This document shows positions 61,690 through 64,000 of a DNA stretch of 64,000 nt, one piece after another. The position numbers and the translations under genes are program-made. Source of the DNA: the human T2T-CHM13v2.0 reference genome, Homo sapiens. The notes beneath the pieces were generated by a model. That model ran no database searches and had not been told where the DNA came from. It worked only from the letters and a program-made list of their open reading frames with translations. The DNA is taken from assembly GCF_009914755.1 (NCBI RefSeq), contig NC_060938.1, one strand, 5' to 3'. Each line of letters starts with the position of its first letter. The stretch's first letter is position 1.

Positions 61690-62890
61690 GTCTCACCCAA
61701 GTCTAATTTGACAGAAAATTACTTATATCAAGTTTTTTCCAAAACATTCAACCTGCCTTTATAAACATAATTTTTCACATACTTCTTGTAACAAACATAT
61801 TTGATATAAAAATTTTAGATTTTATAACTAGAATTTGAAATACAACCAACATAATCTATTAAAGGAACACACAGATGACCCCTTTTTAGTCTACCTTTCA
61901 GGTAGCGAAGTCTAAGTGGCTACAGAGATGCAAGATAAACACAGACAACCCCAAGAGTAGAAAAAGAGTGGCATATTCCAACTATCTAGCTCTAACAGCA
62001 GATTCCTCTAATTAACTTCAACTAGGGAGACTATTTATTTCCAATACACCTACATTTTTCCTGTTTTAATTATTTTCTCTAAGATCAAAGTTTTAAGATT
62101 TCTTAAATATCAAATTATTTTGTTGCAGATAATAATAGATCAACTTTCACAGAAAACCTAAAAATGAGGCTAGCCTATCATTTATGCCGAGAAAAGCAGA
62201 TATATTTCATGCAAATTGAAGAGTTTTTGTTGTCTTGTTCTTGTTCTGTTGTGTTTTTTAAGAGTTACCTGTCATCAGAATAATTATTTTTGGGTACTAA
62301 CAATTTGGAAAATATCTTAGCTCTAATCGTATTGATCTGTTCCATATCACTATAAAATACATAGCTCTCTCAATCACCTGACTTTTTATAGCAGCCCTTC
62401 AGTAGAGATTCATGATTTGTAGGAAACTGTTTCATCTAAATTTTATAATATTTTATTTAAGAAAATCTAGTTAAGTAGGATAGAAAAGAAGTGCTTAAAT
62501 ACAGAGCAAATGTAAAGCATCAGACAAACTCACTGGAATCAGCATTATCTGGTACTTGTAATTCCTCACTTCAATAAAAAAACTTTGTATGACAATATTG
62601 TAAATTAATCTCGTAATTATATGCTTATAATACAACATTACATATTTTGGTGAAAGCGCATTTTGAATCTAATTATAAGCAAAAATTTTGTAATTTATTT
62701 TATATGTAGACATTACATTTGTATATAGGTAATCATAACCTTAAATTGACTCCTCTGTGCTTTTTATATTTAACTACAATTTTAATATAAGTCAAAAATT
62801 ATGTGTGTAGTAACTTACTCTATTCATCCTTCAAAAGAGCAGAGTTCTAATGTTCTGTTGGGTGATTCTAGTGAGCATGTGGATTCTTAC

Positions 62891-62902
62891 CACCCAAACT
62901 TC
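62891..62902 (-). other. candidate 12-nt micro-exon
   Basis: T16-ctctttttatgtag|GAAGTTTGGGTG|gtaaga. Frame-preserving, with no internal stop. Confidence 0.4.
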
Positions 62903-63181
62903 CTACATAAAAAGAGAAAAAAAAAAAAAAAAGAGCATGGAAAAGAAAACCTAAGGCACTCAAGCATCTAACTTTATATATGAACAAGCAAAGTCTACTA
63001 AGCCTTCTTGAATTCTTGGCCAATTATTGTTCACTTCTTGTAAGAAATAAAAAATATGGTTTTAGTAATTATTTTTTTATTTCAAATATAAGATGTTTTC
63101 CTTGACCTTTTAAAATTTTATAAAGTTTTCTTCATTGTTAGTTTAGCGATATTTTGAGAAAATAGAATGGCTTTATTTAAC

Positions 63182-63209
63182 CTTCTAGAGGCTCTTTTCC
63201 GAATGAGAT
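63182..63209 (-). other. candidate 28-nt exon
   Basis: ctttgttttttacag|ATCTCATTCGGAAAAGAGCCTCTAGAAG|gttaaa. Good acceptor, moderate donor, 279 nt upstream of the micro-exon candidate. Confidence 0.3.
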
Positions 63210-64000
63210 CTGTAAAAAACAAAGTCGGAATTATTATTTTGAAAGCCTAATATACAGTTAGTGTAGCAAAAAAATAAATATTAAAGAAATAGGTGCATTA
63301 CAATAACTTTATTCACACTGAGAAAAATTTATTTTAGCAATAATGATTACCTAATTCTATGCAAATGTGTTTAAACAGTATTTACAACCAAGAAGTCTAA
63401 AATTCCCCTTCAACTCTGATGGAAATTCAGTGTCTAGACAACAATTTTTGTTCTTTCTCACATTTGGCAAATGTTTGGCTTTGTAGATTATTAAAAATCC
63501 ACTTTATCAATTTGAAAAAAAACCAACTGTTTTAGAAAAGATGCTTTTAAATAAGTATAAAGTAAAATTGATTCATCTTTTTTGTTAGATTAATTCAGGA
63601 AAATAGGATATTTCCCAAGAATATTAGAGAAAAACACTTGTTACAGTGTTAAAGATTTATCTCTTTATAAATTCAAAACTTACTTTATAAAATTGATTAT
63701 TTTATATATAGACATATATATTTATATGTTTATAGGGATGTGTATATATGCACATAACAGGCTAACTTAGATTACAATGCATATTTGAGTTGATTTGATT
63801 CAACAGACTGAAATACTGAGGATAGATATATAGCGAATATTTATAATTAACATCTATTACTTGCTGGGTATTCATCTAGAAATCTCTTTCATTTTCCCCA
63901 TGACACATAAGCACAATTTTAAGACGTACTCTGTCATTCTGAAAGTAAGTTTCTCAAAAACAGTGTGAGCAAATTCAGAGAAAATTAGCCAATAATGCTT

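Overview
AT-rich catarrhine-primate (human/ape/Old World monkey-like) nuclear DNA, about two-thirds to three-quarters transposable elements. No intact protein-coding gene is recognisable, and almost every ORF in the supplied track is an L1, Alu or ERV fragment or a chance frame. Main content: many L1 fragments of different ages; one full-length but inactivated L1PA5/6-like element with a 14-bp TSD (51006-57160, minus); five Alus plus a 5' Alu stub; MaLR, ERVL and ERV1 solo LTRs. The most unusual structure is a ~10-kb nested ERV complex (37729-47845). Its outer MER61-like element has RNA architecture (R-U5 ... U3-R-polyA), as expected of an L1-made retrocopy. It contains an opposite-strand HERV-IP10/LTR10 provirus remnant with four AP-1 sites in its LTR, and that remnant's integrase is split by a MER11 solo LTR. 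Several short minus-strand segments in unique sequence have exon-like splice signals, including a 12-nt micro-exon candidate, so the window may lie inside a large minus-strand gene or lncRNA that I cannot name. Subfamily names come from recalled consensus sequences and need RepeatMasker/Dfam confirmation.
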